Below are positions 48,823 through 56,820 of a DNA stretch of 64,000 nucleotides, piece by piece. The translations under genes and the position numbers were made by a program. The DNA is taken from positions 62,001 through 126,000 of IMG/VR virus record IMGVR_UViG_3300037294_000266; one strand, 5' to 3'. Under the pieces are notes generated by a model. The model did not search any database, had not been told where the DNA came from, and saw nothing but the letters and a program-made list of their open reading frames with translations. The number at the start of each line of letters is the position of its first letter. The stretch's first letter is position 1.

Positions 48823-49197
48823 TCAACGACCATTCGTCGAATGAAGCTTATTCATGAGCAGCATACGGTCTTCTCGTGAGATGAGTACGACCTGCATCCC
48901 AAGTTCAGGATAGCGGTATGTGGCTACTTGCGTTTCAATCTGTCGAGTGCCATCGGTCAATATAACATCACATTTAAATGAAGTCGTATAGAAGAAAGCC
49001 CCTGTTGTGATGACGGTTACAATCGCTGCTGTAACACTTACAGTGGTTATAACCGATTCACGGCGGTTTGGATAGATATACAATGCAATCAGCATAGAAA
49101 CAATGATGATGATCACTGCAATGATAAACAGTCCCACTGCCCTACCGTCAAGCATTGGAATACAGGAGAAATCCAGTAATGTGAAATACTTACTCAT
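48823..49197 (-). CDS. Two-TM membrane protein
   Basis: Two hydrophobic helices. Confidence 0.65.
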   Translation of the reverse strand: MSKYFTLLDFSCIPMLDGRAVGLFIIAVIIIIVSMLIALYIYPNRRESVITTVSVTAAIVTVITTGAFFYTTSFKCDVILTDGTRQIETQVATYRYPELGMQVVLISREDRMLLMNKLHSTNGR

Positions 49198-49490
49198 TTG
49201 ATATCTCCCTCAAAGCTATCAAGTTTACGCTGCCGGCGACAAATCGCCGTCTTAGTCTTACGTGACGCGTTGTTGTAACGACGACGGTTGTTGACAGGAT
49301 CTTCGTTGTACTTCAATGCCGACTTAATGATCGCCAGACCTCGGCGAACATATTCGATGTCATTGAGAGGACGGTGTTTGAAAAGAAATGATTTGGTGGC
49401 AGACCGCGACACCACTTCAGGTTCTTGATGTGCAGTGATGTCATACGCATGCTCAATTGGTTTTGCAAACATTTCGCTATCGATGTCCAT
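49194..49490 (-). CDS. Hypothetical basic protein
   Basis: 98 aa, AGGA SD. Confidence 0.6.
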   Translation of the reverse strand: MDIDSEMFAKPIEHAYDITAHQEPEVVSRSATKSFLFKHRPLNDIEYVRRGLAIIKSALKYNEDPVNNRRRYNNASRKTKTAICRRQRKLDSFEGDIK

Positions 49491-49520
49491 GGCAGTTCCT
49501 TAACTCTAAACAAAATAAGA

Positions 49521-49540
49521 AGAGGGGCCGGAGCCCCTCT
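49521..49540. terminator. Intergenic stem-loop
   Basis: AGAGGGGC-CGGA-GCCCCTCT. Confidence 0.65.
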
Positions 49541-49542
49541 CA

Positions 49543-49866
49543 TTAAGCAACCATCAAACGTTCCATTGTGGTGTCTAAGACATCACAGGCAGCCTCAATA
49601 AGGTCTTCAAACCCTATCTCCAGCTCCTTCCAGGTATCCAACTGCAGAATGCACAGTTCAGTAACCCGCTCCCCAATAACACGCGCTTCCACCAAACCCA
49701 CACCGAACATACTGTAACGCACGATCCCTTCATCGCGCATTACTTCGATATGGAAGCAATGTCCTGTAGCTGAGAATGCCGTGTCATCAATGACATTAGA
49801 CATTACCAGCTTGTTAAGACATGCTGCTAGGATTTGGTTGAGCTTTCGCTTGTTATCTACTTTCAT
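49543..49866 (-). CDS. Hypothetical protein
   Basis: 107 aa. Confidence 0.65.
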   Translation of the reverse strand: MKVDNKRKLNQILAACLNKLVMSNVIDDTAFSATGHCFHIEVMRDEGIVRYSMFGVGLVEARVIGERVTELCILQLDTWKELEIGFEDLIEAACDVLDTTMERLMVA

Positions 49867-49938
49867 GTACTACCCCTGGTTATCAATTCGTTATTGTTGG
49901 ACTTTGTCCGTATTATTAGTGTGAAACGTATTGCTTGA

Positions 49939-50346
49939 TTAGAACTCGGTGCGAGACTTAAGCGATGTTGGTACGTCTTCAAAGAAAGACTCGATGTATT
50001 TCCTCGAGATACATTCACCGTCTTTGAATCTCGCAAGGATGGCGATGCTGTGGGTAACTGTAACCTCACCGATCTTAGACAACTCTTGAGCGATCTGATA
50101 AACGTGATCTTGGAACTCCGCCCAGAACGTGATATCATAATGCCCGCCATCTGGACGAGGGACTTCTAAATTGATGCTCAGTTGGTGGTAGAACGGTCTT
50201 ACAGCAGAGTATGGAATGATCTCGACGCCCTTGTCCATGAGACTGTTAAGTCTATCGATAGTGCCAGCAAGACCATATAAACCCTTGACGCGAGTCATTA
50301 CAAGACTGCCGTAATTTACGTCGTCAATAACTGTATTCGTTTCCAT
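49939..50346 (-). CDS. Hypothetical protein
   Basis: Start revised to METNT (GGAG SD). Confidence 0.65.
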   Translation of the reverse strand: METNTVIDDVNYGSLVMTRVKGLYGLAGTIDRLNSLMDKGVEIIPYSAVRPFYHQLSINLEVPRPDGGHYDITFWAEFQDHVYQIAQELSKIGEVTVTHSIAILARFKDGECISRKYIESFFEDVPTSLKSRTEF

Positions 50347-50425
50347 GCAAAGATCTCCAATGATCAGGGTTATGGTTGTTTGATCACCCTTATCATGTAC
50401 TGTCAAAATAAATTCGAATCAGTAT

Positions 50426-50454
50426 ACAGGAGGAGGGCACTGCCCTCCTCCTGT
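50426..50454. terminator. Intergenic stem-loop
   Basis: ACAGGAGGAGGGC-ACT-GCCCTCCTCCTGT. Confidence 0.75.
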
Positions 50455-50465
50455 GATATGTACCA

Positions 50466-51020
50466 CTACCACCTGAACGATGCAGGAAGGCTCTCTGTGG
50501 AGACCTCAGGTACTTTAGTGCCTGTATCCCTGATCATCTTAGAGAGATTCTTCTCTCGTTGTTTATCATCAAACAATGTCGACGAATCCCAACCCCATTG
50601 TAAAAGACCTTGACGCTGTTTAGCATGGCAATTGTCATCACTGAGTCGGCATGAACTTTTCACCTGACCCATGTGCCTAGCAACGAAACTCTTCCAACGT
50701 GCCACCTGCTTGTCATCTTCTTTCCCAAGTCTACGACCGAGATAGTAGAGACAGTACCAGTGGAACCAGCCTCCCTTGTCAGTCATGATCCATCCGTTCT
50801 CTTTCCATACTGACAAGGGCTGACGTGACTTGACTTTATAATGGTTGAGTTCTACATCAGGAGGATCGTTTGGCCCCACTACCTTTGGAAGTTTCTTCCA
50901 AGATGCAGGAATGCCTTTGATGATATTGATGTACTTGCCTTCAAACACTCCAAGCTTAAGCATCTCTTCTGGAGTATATGATGGTGTGAATTCTGGATGC
51001 CATTGCTTTGCTGAAGGCAT
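50466..51020 (-). CDS. Conserved protein of unknown function
   Basis: FTPSYTPEEMLKLGVFEGKY, GWFHWYCLYYLGRR, RQGLLQWGWD. C-terminal VSTESLPASFRW. Confidence 0.75.
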   Translation of the reverse strand: MPSAKQWHPEFTPSYTPEEMLKLGVFEGKYINIIKGIPASWKKLPKVVGPNDPPDVELNHYKVKSRQPLSVWKENGWIMTDKGGWFHWYCLYYLGRRLGKEDDKQVARWKSFVARHMGQVKSSCRLSDDNCHAKQRQGLLQWGWDSSTLFDDKQREKNLSKMIRDTGTKVPEVSTESLPASFRW

Positions 51021-51059
51021 GTTATGCCGTCCTATGGGTAGGAGTGCGTATATTGGTGA

Positions 51060-51977
51060 TTACGGCGTGTACTCAGATAGGCCATTGTTGACGCCAACTT
51101 CCGTGACTCCACCGAAAACATACATTTTGTTACCGTAAACCACAGCTGCCATTGAATGGTGGGTATTTGGACCGGCTGGTTTATCTACTATATCCCATGC
51201 ATTCGTAACGGGATCGTATACGTAGATAATAGTGGCAGTTACAGAGCCGCCTCCATAAACATATAACTTACCGTTTATCGAAAAGGCGGTGTGGTACTGT
51301 AGGGCGTTTGGCATGCCTGCTAAATCGGTCCATTTATTCGTGAGTGGATCATACATGGACAATCCGTACACGACGCTTCCCGTACTATTTCGACCACCGG
51401 TCACGTACATCTTATCACCGACTACCGCAGCGGCATGGTAACGACGTGGAGTACTTGAGGCGAGAGCCTTCCAAGTGTCGGTAGCGGGGGTGTATTCGTA
51501 CAGCGATCCTAATGCGTTGCCGGCATTACCAGCACCGCCGTAAACATATAACTTACCGTTGATAGCCACTGCGGAATGAGATTGTACTCCTACCGGGTAC
51601 GGGTTCTTAGTAGTCCAGGTATCCGATGATGGGTCGTAGACATCAAGACCGTTGGAAGTGCCGTATCCGTTATAACCGCCGAGAACATAAATCTTGTTAT
51701 TGATTGTACAGGCGGTGTGACGTATTCTTTTTAAAGCTGACTTTCTTCCACGCCACGTACCGTTAAGAAAATTGTATTCATAATGTAAATCTAGGACGGG
51801 TCCATTCACTGTACTCGACCCTCCGTAAACGTAGATACAATCTTCGGAAACGGCTGCTGAATACCAATGACTTTTAAATGACGTTGGAGCACTGCTTTTA
51901 GATATCCATGTACTAATCGCAACCGATAACTTACTTCGTTCAAAAGCGTGAGCTGCAGGTAATAGACTGGCTAACAT
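51060..51977 (-). CDS. Kelch-repeat beta-propeller protein
   Basis: Six repeats of the form H-x-A-x-x-x-N-G-K-I/L-Y-V-x-GG...Y-D-P-x-T-x-x-W. Confidence 0.92.
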   Translation of the reverse strand: MLASLLPAAHAFERSKLSVAISTWISKSSAPTSFKSHWYSAAVSEDCIYVYGGSSTVNGPVLDLHYEYNFLNGTWRGRKSALKRIRHTACTINNKIYVLGGYNGYGTSNGLDVYDPSSDTWTTKNPYPVGVQSHSAVAINGKLYVYGGAGNAGNALGSLYEYTPATDTWKALASSTPRRYHAAAVVGDKMYVTGGRNSTGSVVYGLSMYDPLTNKWTDLAGMPNALQYHTAFSINGKLYVYGGGSVTATIIYVYDPVTNAWDIVDKPAGPNTHHSMAAVVYGNKMYVFGGVTEVGVNNGLSEYTP

Positions 51978-52053
51978 AGAATCCTCGACATTTAACTAAA
52001 TGGGGTTGGTTGAATGTAGTTATTCAAAGAATACCGATAAAACGTTTAGACAA

Positions 52054-52077
52054 AAGAAAGGGATATCTCCCTTTCTT
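52054..52077. terminator. Intergenic stem-loop
   Basis: AAGAAAGGGA-TATC-TCCCTTTCTT. Confidence 0.65.
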
Positions 52078-52191
52078 AAACTAGGTATATTTTTCAATGA
52101 CGCCGGGTCGATGTGCGGAGCGCTCGATTGAATTTGTTTCCATTCGGAACAATACCGAATTCTATGACAGCCTCTTGGGAGGGTAAGTTAA

Positions 52192-52545
52192 ATGAATCGG
52201 ATTGCAGATATGATTAAGTGGATGATGGATAATTGGAAGCCAGCGTGCGCTCTGATCTATACGATCATTTGCGTGTTTGACTTTGTTGTGTTTCCATGTT
52301 GGGTGGGCTGGCATCGCATGCCTGTCAGTGAATTCCTTGTAACCACTCAGGGGATTGACGTGACCTTAAAGACAAACATCTTCGAATACCTCTACCGAGC
52401 GTACAGTCCGTACACTTTGTCAGGGGGCGGGCTGTTCCATCTTAGTTTCGGTGCTTTGCTGACAGGTGTGGCCATTACAGCCAAAGCCAAAGTTATCTCA
52501 GACAGACGGGCTCCAGAGACTGACAACGAACAAGAAAAGAAATAG
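52192..52545 (+). CDS. Holin-like membrane protein (3TM family)
   Basis: WKPACALIYTIICVFDFVVFP...PYTLSGGGLFHLSFGALL, TATG upstream, GGAGGG SD. Confidence 0.6.
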   Translation: MNRIADMIKWMMDNWKPACALIYTIICVFDFVVFPCWVGWHRMPVSEFLVTTQGIDVTLKTNIFEYLYRAYSPYTLSGGGLFHLSFGALLTGVAITAKAKVISDRRAPETDNEQEKK

Positions 52546-52553
52546 CCAACATA

Positions 52554-52585
52554 CATAGAGAGGAGGCGTTGGCCTCCTCTCTATG
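52554..52585. terminator. Stem-loop between convergent genes
   Basis: CATAGAGAGGAGG-CGTTGG-CCTCCTCTCTATG. Confidence 0.75.
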
Positions 52586-52599
52586 TTGCATGCAAGAGG

Positions 52600-53061
52600 T
52601 CACGAAGAATGAGATGTCAATTCAAACTCACGATAATCCTGGAACATTAAGTCCACATCACTTGCGTTATATAGTCTTCCACATGCCACGGTGGTTTTGA
52701 TGAGTAGATAGTCAACCGCGAATGTGTGGGTGTGTTTAATACCCTTCTCGCGAACAAACTGACAATTGAATTCGTTCAGCCCGATGTTACTGATTTCAAC
52801 ATGACCCCAGAAGGATTGTTTTGCATACAGTGCTTTGTTACTCACTATCATGCGCTTAGAAGGTTCGACACGCACTGCAGATACTTCAGTGTAGAGAGAC
52901 ACCTCTACATCACCACCATATCCCAACTTTGCAATGTACATACAACGACCTACAAGTCGATGCAAACCGGGTGTGATAGTGACCAGCTCATTGATGCGAG
53001 TGTTTATCTTAGTCAGTAAACGACTGCGAAGCTTTTGACGATGAGGGCGGGTTGTTTTCAC
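52600..53061 (-). CDS. Hypothetical protein
   Basis: 153 aa, GTG start. Confidence 0.55.
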   Translation of the reverse strand: MKTTRPHRQKLRSRLLTKINTRINELVTITPGLHRLVGRCMYIAKLGYGGDVEVSLYTEVSAVRVEPSKRMIVSNKALYAKQSFWGHVEISNIGLNEFNCQFVREKGIKHTHTFAVDYLLIKTTVACGRLYNASDVDLMFQDYREFELTSHSS

Positions 53062-53296
53062 GACGATATCCTTTATATTGCGACAATGAAATCATTGTCG
53101 AGGCGGCATAACACCCTACTGGATTTCTCCAGTAGGGTGACAGAGGCTTATTTCGGTTACTGCTTCAACCGTGTCACGTGCTGCGGCGGGTATTGCAACC
53201 AGATCGTACAACAGTCCATCAGGATATTACACATCGAACCATTCCCAGGATGAACCTCCAGGACGGCTAGCCTCTCCATGGTGCGGTGAGGGCGTG

Positions 53297-53512
53297 TCAG
53301 GTTTCGGAACGAGGGGCGAAGGCCATGTCAAGTCCTTCCCAAGCACCGACTGCATTGGAGGTGTCAATATAACCAGAAGGACCTCGTGCACCACAGTTGG
53401 TACATTCAACCTGATGTCCAGGCATTAAGCCTTCTACCTCAGGAGTGAGTCCTTTACTAAGAACACGAATAATACTTTCTTTGCACCAAGGGCACGGGGT
53501 CTTTGACTTCAT
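53297..53512 (-). CDS. Lar-family (restriction alleviation-like) zinc-finger protein
   Basis: CPWC...VECTNCGARGP...AVGAW, GGAG SD. Confidence 0.65.
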   Translation of the reverse strand: MKSKTPCPWCKESIIRVLSKGLTPEVEGLMPGHQVECTNCGARGPSGYIDTSNAVGAWEGLDMAFAPRSET

Positions 53513-53543
53513 GGGTATACTCCAGTTGATAAATCATCCACAC

Positions 53544-53612
53544 AAGCGGAACCTAAGCTCACACCAAGCCCGAAGGCTATTACAGACAGTGCAATGCGTT
53601 CATATACCGCTT
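53544..53612 (-). ncRNA. Small multibranch structured element with cUUCGg tetraloop
   Basis: Closing stem AAGCGG/CCGCTT, internal ATTGCA/TGTAAT and AGCC-TTCG-GGCT. Confidence 0.4.
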
Positions 53613-53661
53613 CCTACCTTTGATCCCAGCACGTTAGGGAGGCAGCACTAAAATAGTCTTT

Positions 53662-53810
53662 TGGTTCGTGTCGCGATGATATTAGATTCCATAGGCCGGT
53701 CGTAATGAGAGAGACTCTCGTTACTCCTTACTAAGCAGACAGACAGTTTCTCAGGCTGTTCCGTCTACGTTTCTCATCTTGAGCCTCGCCGTTGAGTACG
53801 GCTCTCGGAA
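53662..53810 (-). ncRNA. Three-hairpin structured element ending in CCA
   Basis: GCCGT/ACGGC, AGAC..ACAG/CTGT..GTCT, GTAA-GAGAG/CTCTC-TTAC. The 3' end reads GAACCA. Confidence 0.4.
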
Positions 53811-53812
53811 AT

Positions 53813-53995
53813 TGGCGGGAAATTGAGGATTTGAACCCCCTTCTCCAGACGTCTTTTCTTACCGTTCGGATTCCTGATTAACCCACTGGTCAGGTGGGAT
53901 TTCGCTTGGCCTCAGAACCACCTGAGACGAGCTACTGCCCTATGCACCGATAAGAGTACCGCCTGTCGCATTAAACATGTCTATGCTAAGATCCC
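53813..53995 (-). ncRNA. 183-nt tRNA-like RNA with pseudoknot-containing domain replacing the anticodon arm
   Basis: Acceptor GGGA/TCCC with G-CCA end, D-stem GCAT/ATGC, T-loop TTCAAAT, extended stem CAGGCG/CGTCTG and TCTTATCG/CGGTAAGA, pseudoknot CCCAC/GTGGG with CCTGA/TCAGG. The first G is the G of a TATG motif. Confidence 0.7.
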
Positions 53996-54005
53996 ATAAC
54001 TGTTA

Positions 54006-54194
54006 TCAAAGACTGCTCAAGTAATTATCTCGTCTTTCGACGAACGCCTGATGGGTCTTTGATGTCTTAACCATTTCGTTGATAACAAAGGTAATGTCGT
54101 CAACTGCATCCTTACCCTGCTCTTTGAACACGCGATCGAGAATAGCATCGCGCTGAGCTAAGGTAAGTCGTTTGTGTGTTTCAATGGGTATCAT
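54006..54194 (-). CDS. Hypothetical protein
   Basis: 62 aa, GAGG SD. Confidence 0.6.
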   Translation of the reverse strand: MIPIETHKRLTLAQRDAILDRVFKEQGKDAVDDITFVINEMVKTSKTHQAFVERRDNYLSSL

Positions 54195-54206
54195 GCTAAC
54201 CTCTAG

Positions 54207-54653
54207 TTAAAGGCCGCACCAACCAACTTTAGTGCCGCCAGAATAAGGGACTGCGAGTCCTCGAGCAATAAGCTCATCTCCAACGACTCTGCCGTCTACG
54301 ACCACAGTGGCCAGTAAGCGAAAGTACTTATCACGATCGAGGTTGGTCAGTGTCACTCGTTTACCATTGGCAATCATTTCACCGACAGCGTCACGAGCTT
54401 TTATGGCCAGTATTTTCTCTGCATCACGTTCAGCCTTTGTGGCACAGTCACTCCGCATCTCTGGTGTATCGATGCCATTTACTCTGACTGACAACCGATC
54501 TCCAAAGACATCAGGCAGGTACGGAATCTGGACAGTGAGTGTGTCACCATCGTAGATACTGACAACGTCCTCAGGAATGAGTTTTATCTCTTCAAGAGGA
54601 TACGCTTGAACGGTGCCACATGCCAGCAGAAAACTAAGAAGTAAAATACGCAT
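54207..54653 (-). CDS. Secreted thermonuclease (SNase family)
   Basis: Signal peptide, YDGDT, VRVNGIDTPE, DKYFRLLA, LIARGLA. Confidence 0.9.
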   Translation of the reverse strand: MRILLLSFLLACGTVQAYPLEEIKLIPEDVVSIYDGDTLTVQIPYLPDVFGDRLSVRVNGIDTPEMRSDCATKAERDAEKILAIKARDAVGEMIANGKRVTLTNLDRDKYFRLLATVVVDGRVVGDELIARGLAVPYSGGTKVGWCGL

Positions 54654-54797
54654 GATGACTCCAGGTCAATGACAGTTAATTCATAGTCATTGACCTGTAA
54701 AGGGGTGAGTGATGAGTTTACCAAACTAGGTGGTCACCCGCGCAACGGAGACCTCATCAACTCGATCAACACTGTCCATGGCAGGACAGAGTTAAAA

Positions 54798-54885
54798 TGG
54801 CGGAAGCGGTGAGATTCGAACTCACGGACCCCGAAGAGTCGACAGTTTTCAAGACTGTAGGATTCAACCGCTCTCCCACGCTTCC
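54798..54885 (-). tRNA. trnS: tRNA-Ser(UGA)
   Basis: Complete type II cloverleaf GGAAGCG...ACAGTCT-TGA-AAACTGT...long variable arm...GTTCGAATC...CGCTTCC-G-CCA. Confidence 0.97.
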
Positions 54886-54890
54886 AATAC

Positions 54891-54963
54891 AGGTGCTGAT
54901 ACCGGGAATCGAACCCGAGTCCTCCGTCACCAACAGGTGCGCCTTCTCTGCGCCACTATCTAC
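54891..54963 (-). ncRNA. Degenerate tRNA-like element (intact T-arm, weak anticodon arm, ACCT end)
   Basis: D-stem GCGC/GCGC, T-arm TCGGG-TTCGATT-CCCGG, acceptor 6/7 bp. Confidence 0.6.
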
Positions 54964-54965
54964 CA

Positions 54966-55039
54966 AGTAGATAGACAGGACTTTAACCTGCGACCTCCTG
55001 TCTCGTTTACCGGGACACTACCAGCTGAGCTATAACGGC
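54966..55039 (-). ncRNA. Degenerate tRNA-like element with non-matching acceptor strands
   Basis: TAGCTCAGCTGGTAG D-region, T-arm GCAGG-TTAAAGT-CCTGT. Its 3' strand CTATCTAC pairs with the next element rather than its own 5' end. Confidence 0.55.
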
Positions 55040-55044
55040 GAAAT

Positions 55045-55133
55045 AGGCGGAGAGCCACCTTAGACTTCCTGATGTGCCCGACGGGAGAGCACGGAAGTAA
55101 CGGGTTAGATTAGCACCCTCCAAGGGGCTCTCC
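55045..55133 (-). ncRNA. Y-shaped RNA with long acceptor-like stem and G-CCT tail
   Basis: GGAGAGCC/GGCTCTCC plus CCTTGG/CTAAGG, hairpins GGGT/ACCC and ACTTCC-GTGC/GCAC-GGAAGT. Confidence 0.55.
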
Positions 55134-55137
55134 TGTT

Positions 55138-55258
55138 TGGTCCAAGTATCCGGGTTCGAACCGGTGGAGTATAACATCCGATCGACGTGCGACCATAGTC
55201 GCGTTCGTCATCAGACATCACTCCCAGAGCCACCTCCCAAACCCGATCATAATCTTGG
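55138..55258 (-). ncRNA. 121-nt tRNA-like RNA with long irregular stem replacing the anticodon arm
   Basis: Acceptor CCAAG/CTTGG with A-CCA end, T-arm CCGG-TTCGAAC-CCGG, about 24-bp interrupted stem capped by GCGAC-TATG-GTCGC. Confidence 0.7.
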
Positions 55259-55440
55259 GACTAAGGCCGAATTACACGGCGAGCACGGATCTCTGTACTT
55301 GTACACTAGGCGCGAGCGTTTACGACCATCGAGTTCTTTTGCTTCCGAACGCTAAAGGTAAGGGGCCTCGACGTCATCTACTCGCATTAATCGGTTCTCT
55401 CACTGCGGATCTCTACATATATCAGCAGTGTTAATATTTT

Positions 55441-56691
55441 TTAATTGGTTATTACAGTACACCCACGGCTTATTAAAGTGTTTTTAGACGCTATACCGTT
55501 TGCAGAAGGTGCAGCGCTGGTTCCAGTTATTGTAATGTTTTCATTAGTAAATAACGTGGTCCCATTAGTTCCGTCTAATGAAGCAAATTGTGCAAGAAGA
55601 GCATCGACAGAAACAGCTGATAGTGGACAGTTGATATAAACCGATCCATTGACTTCTTTTAAACTATTGCTTAATTTAAATATAGTGAGTCCAGTCAGCG
55701 TAGGCCCGAGACTTATAGCATTGCCGTCAGTTAGGTTACAGCCTATTTTCTCTAACGAACTAAAGGTTAAATTTGTTATAGCTGGTGCTGTTGAAATACT
55801 TAGCCTTCCTTTAATTTGAGTTAAATTAGGAAGACTGACGGTTGTACATGCAGCCAATTCGTTTATACTGAAATTACCTTCTACAGTGGTCAAGCCGGCA
55901 AAGTTAACCGTGGTGCACCCAGCTAAGGTGTTTAACGAAAAGTTACCGTATACCGTAATCAATGAAGGGACGGAGATTATTGCAAAGGCTACATTACTTG
56001 CTATGTTAAAATTACCAACCACCACAGTCAATAGCGGACAAGATAAACTTGTTAGACCAGCCAGGTTAGAGGTAGAGAAACCACCCATTACAACCTTTAA
56101 CTCTGGAAAATTAAGAAAGGATAATGCAACCAATCCACTAATCGACAAGGTCCCTGTAAGGCCTTGTAAATTACTGAACGTTAAAGTCGTTATATCCACG
56201 TTAGCACTTGGAACGACTAACGTGGAAGCCCAAATGCCTGAATAGTCCGGAGTCACAACACTATTTATAGCGGTCGGGGGAGGTGTCAGGATAGCTGTAA
56301 TTGGTTCAGCCACCACTCCTACTGTTGAATAATCTAAAATAAATAAAGTACCGATTGGTGTACCGCCTAAACTAAACCAATCATCCCCATTAAATCCTTC
56401 GAACCATGTGAAATCGGTATTAAACCTAAAATGTCCGCCCTCGGTTACAATGGGGCGGTTTAGTGTAGAACCTACTGAAAACCATTTAACTAAAAAGTCT
56501 AATTTAATTTTATCATCAGACGACATAAAACCGTTTTCTAAAAGGTTTACAATGGCGTGAGCGAGACTTCCAGATTCAAGATGACTTAATAGTGCTGGAG
56601 GTATCAGATCTTGCTTTTTATCAACCCTGGCTATGAGACGTGTCATCAATTTGTTAAATTCTTTTACCATTGTTTCGATGACAGTTGTCAT
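55441..56691 (-). CDS. AT-rich L-domain/LRR-like beta-solenoid protein (possible tail appendage or receptor-binding protein)
   Basis: About 23-aa repeats (F/L-P-x-L-x-x-V-x-G-x-F-x-I), C-cap AAPSANGIASKNTLISRGCTVITN. Start revised to 56691. Confidence 0.75.
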   Translation of the reverse strand: MTTVIETMVKEFNKLMTRLIARVDKKQDLIPPALLSHLESGSLAHAIVNLLENGFMSSDDKIKLDFLVKWFSVGSTLNRPIVTEGGHFRFNTDFTWFEGFNGDDWFSLGGTPIGTLFILDYSTVGVVAEPITAILTPPPTAINSVVTPDYSGIWASTLVVPSANVDITTLTFSNLQGLTGTLSISGLVALSFLNFPELKVVMGGFSTSNLAGLTSLSCPLLTVVVGNFNIASNVAFAIISVPSLITVYGNFSLNTLAGCTTVNFAGLTTVEGNFSINELAACTTVSLPNLTQIKGRLSISTAPAITNLTFSSLEKIGCNLTDGNAISLGPTLTGLTIFKLSNSLKEVNGSVYINCPLSAVSVDALLAQFASLDGTNGTTLFTNENITITGTSAAPSANGIASKNTLISRGCTVITN

Positions 56692-56721
56692 ATATAAATT
56701 TCCTGTGCTCATTTTGTGGAT

Positions 56722-56763
56722 GTAACATCCGATCAGAGTAATGGTACTCTGATCGGATGTTAC
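56722..56763. terminator. 19-bp perfect stem-loop
   Basis: GTAACATCCGATCAGAGTA-ATGG-TACTCTGATCGGATGTTAC. Confidence 0.7.
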
Positions 56764-56820
56764 GTCGAGCGCGGATCTTTATACGAGTCATGTCATCTAC
56801 TCACATTGACTTTATAGCCT

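Noticed and set aside
53813-53995. Calling this a canonical tmRNA (ssrA)
   Set aside because: It is 183 nt, has a D-stem, lacks G3.U70 and A73, and has no hydrophobic ..AA tag. Kept as a tRNA-like RNA of unknown class.
54703-54790. Hammerhead ribozyme (UGAUGA present)
   Set aside because: The CUGAUGA...GAAA...UH core is not correctly arranged.
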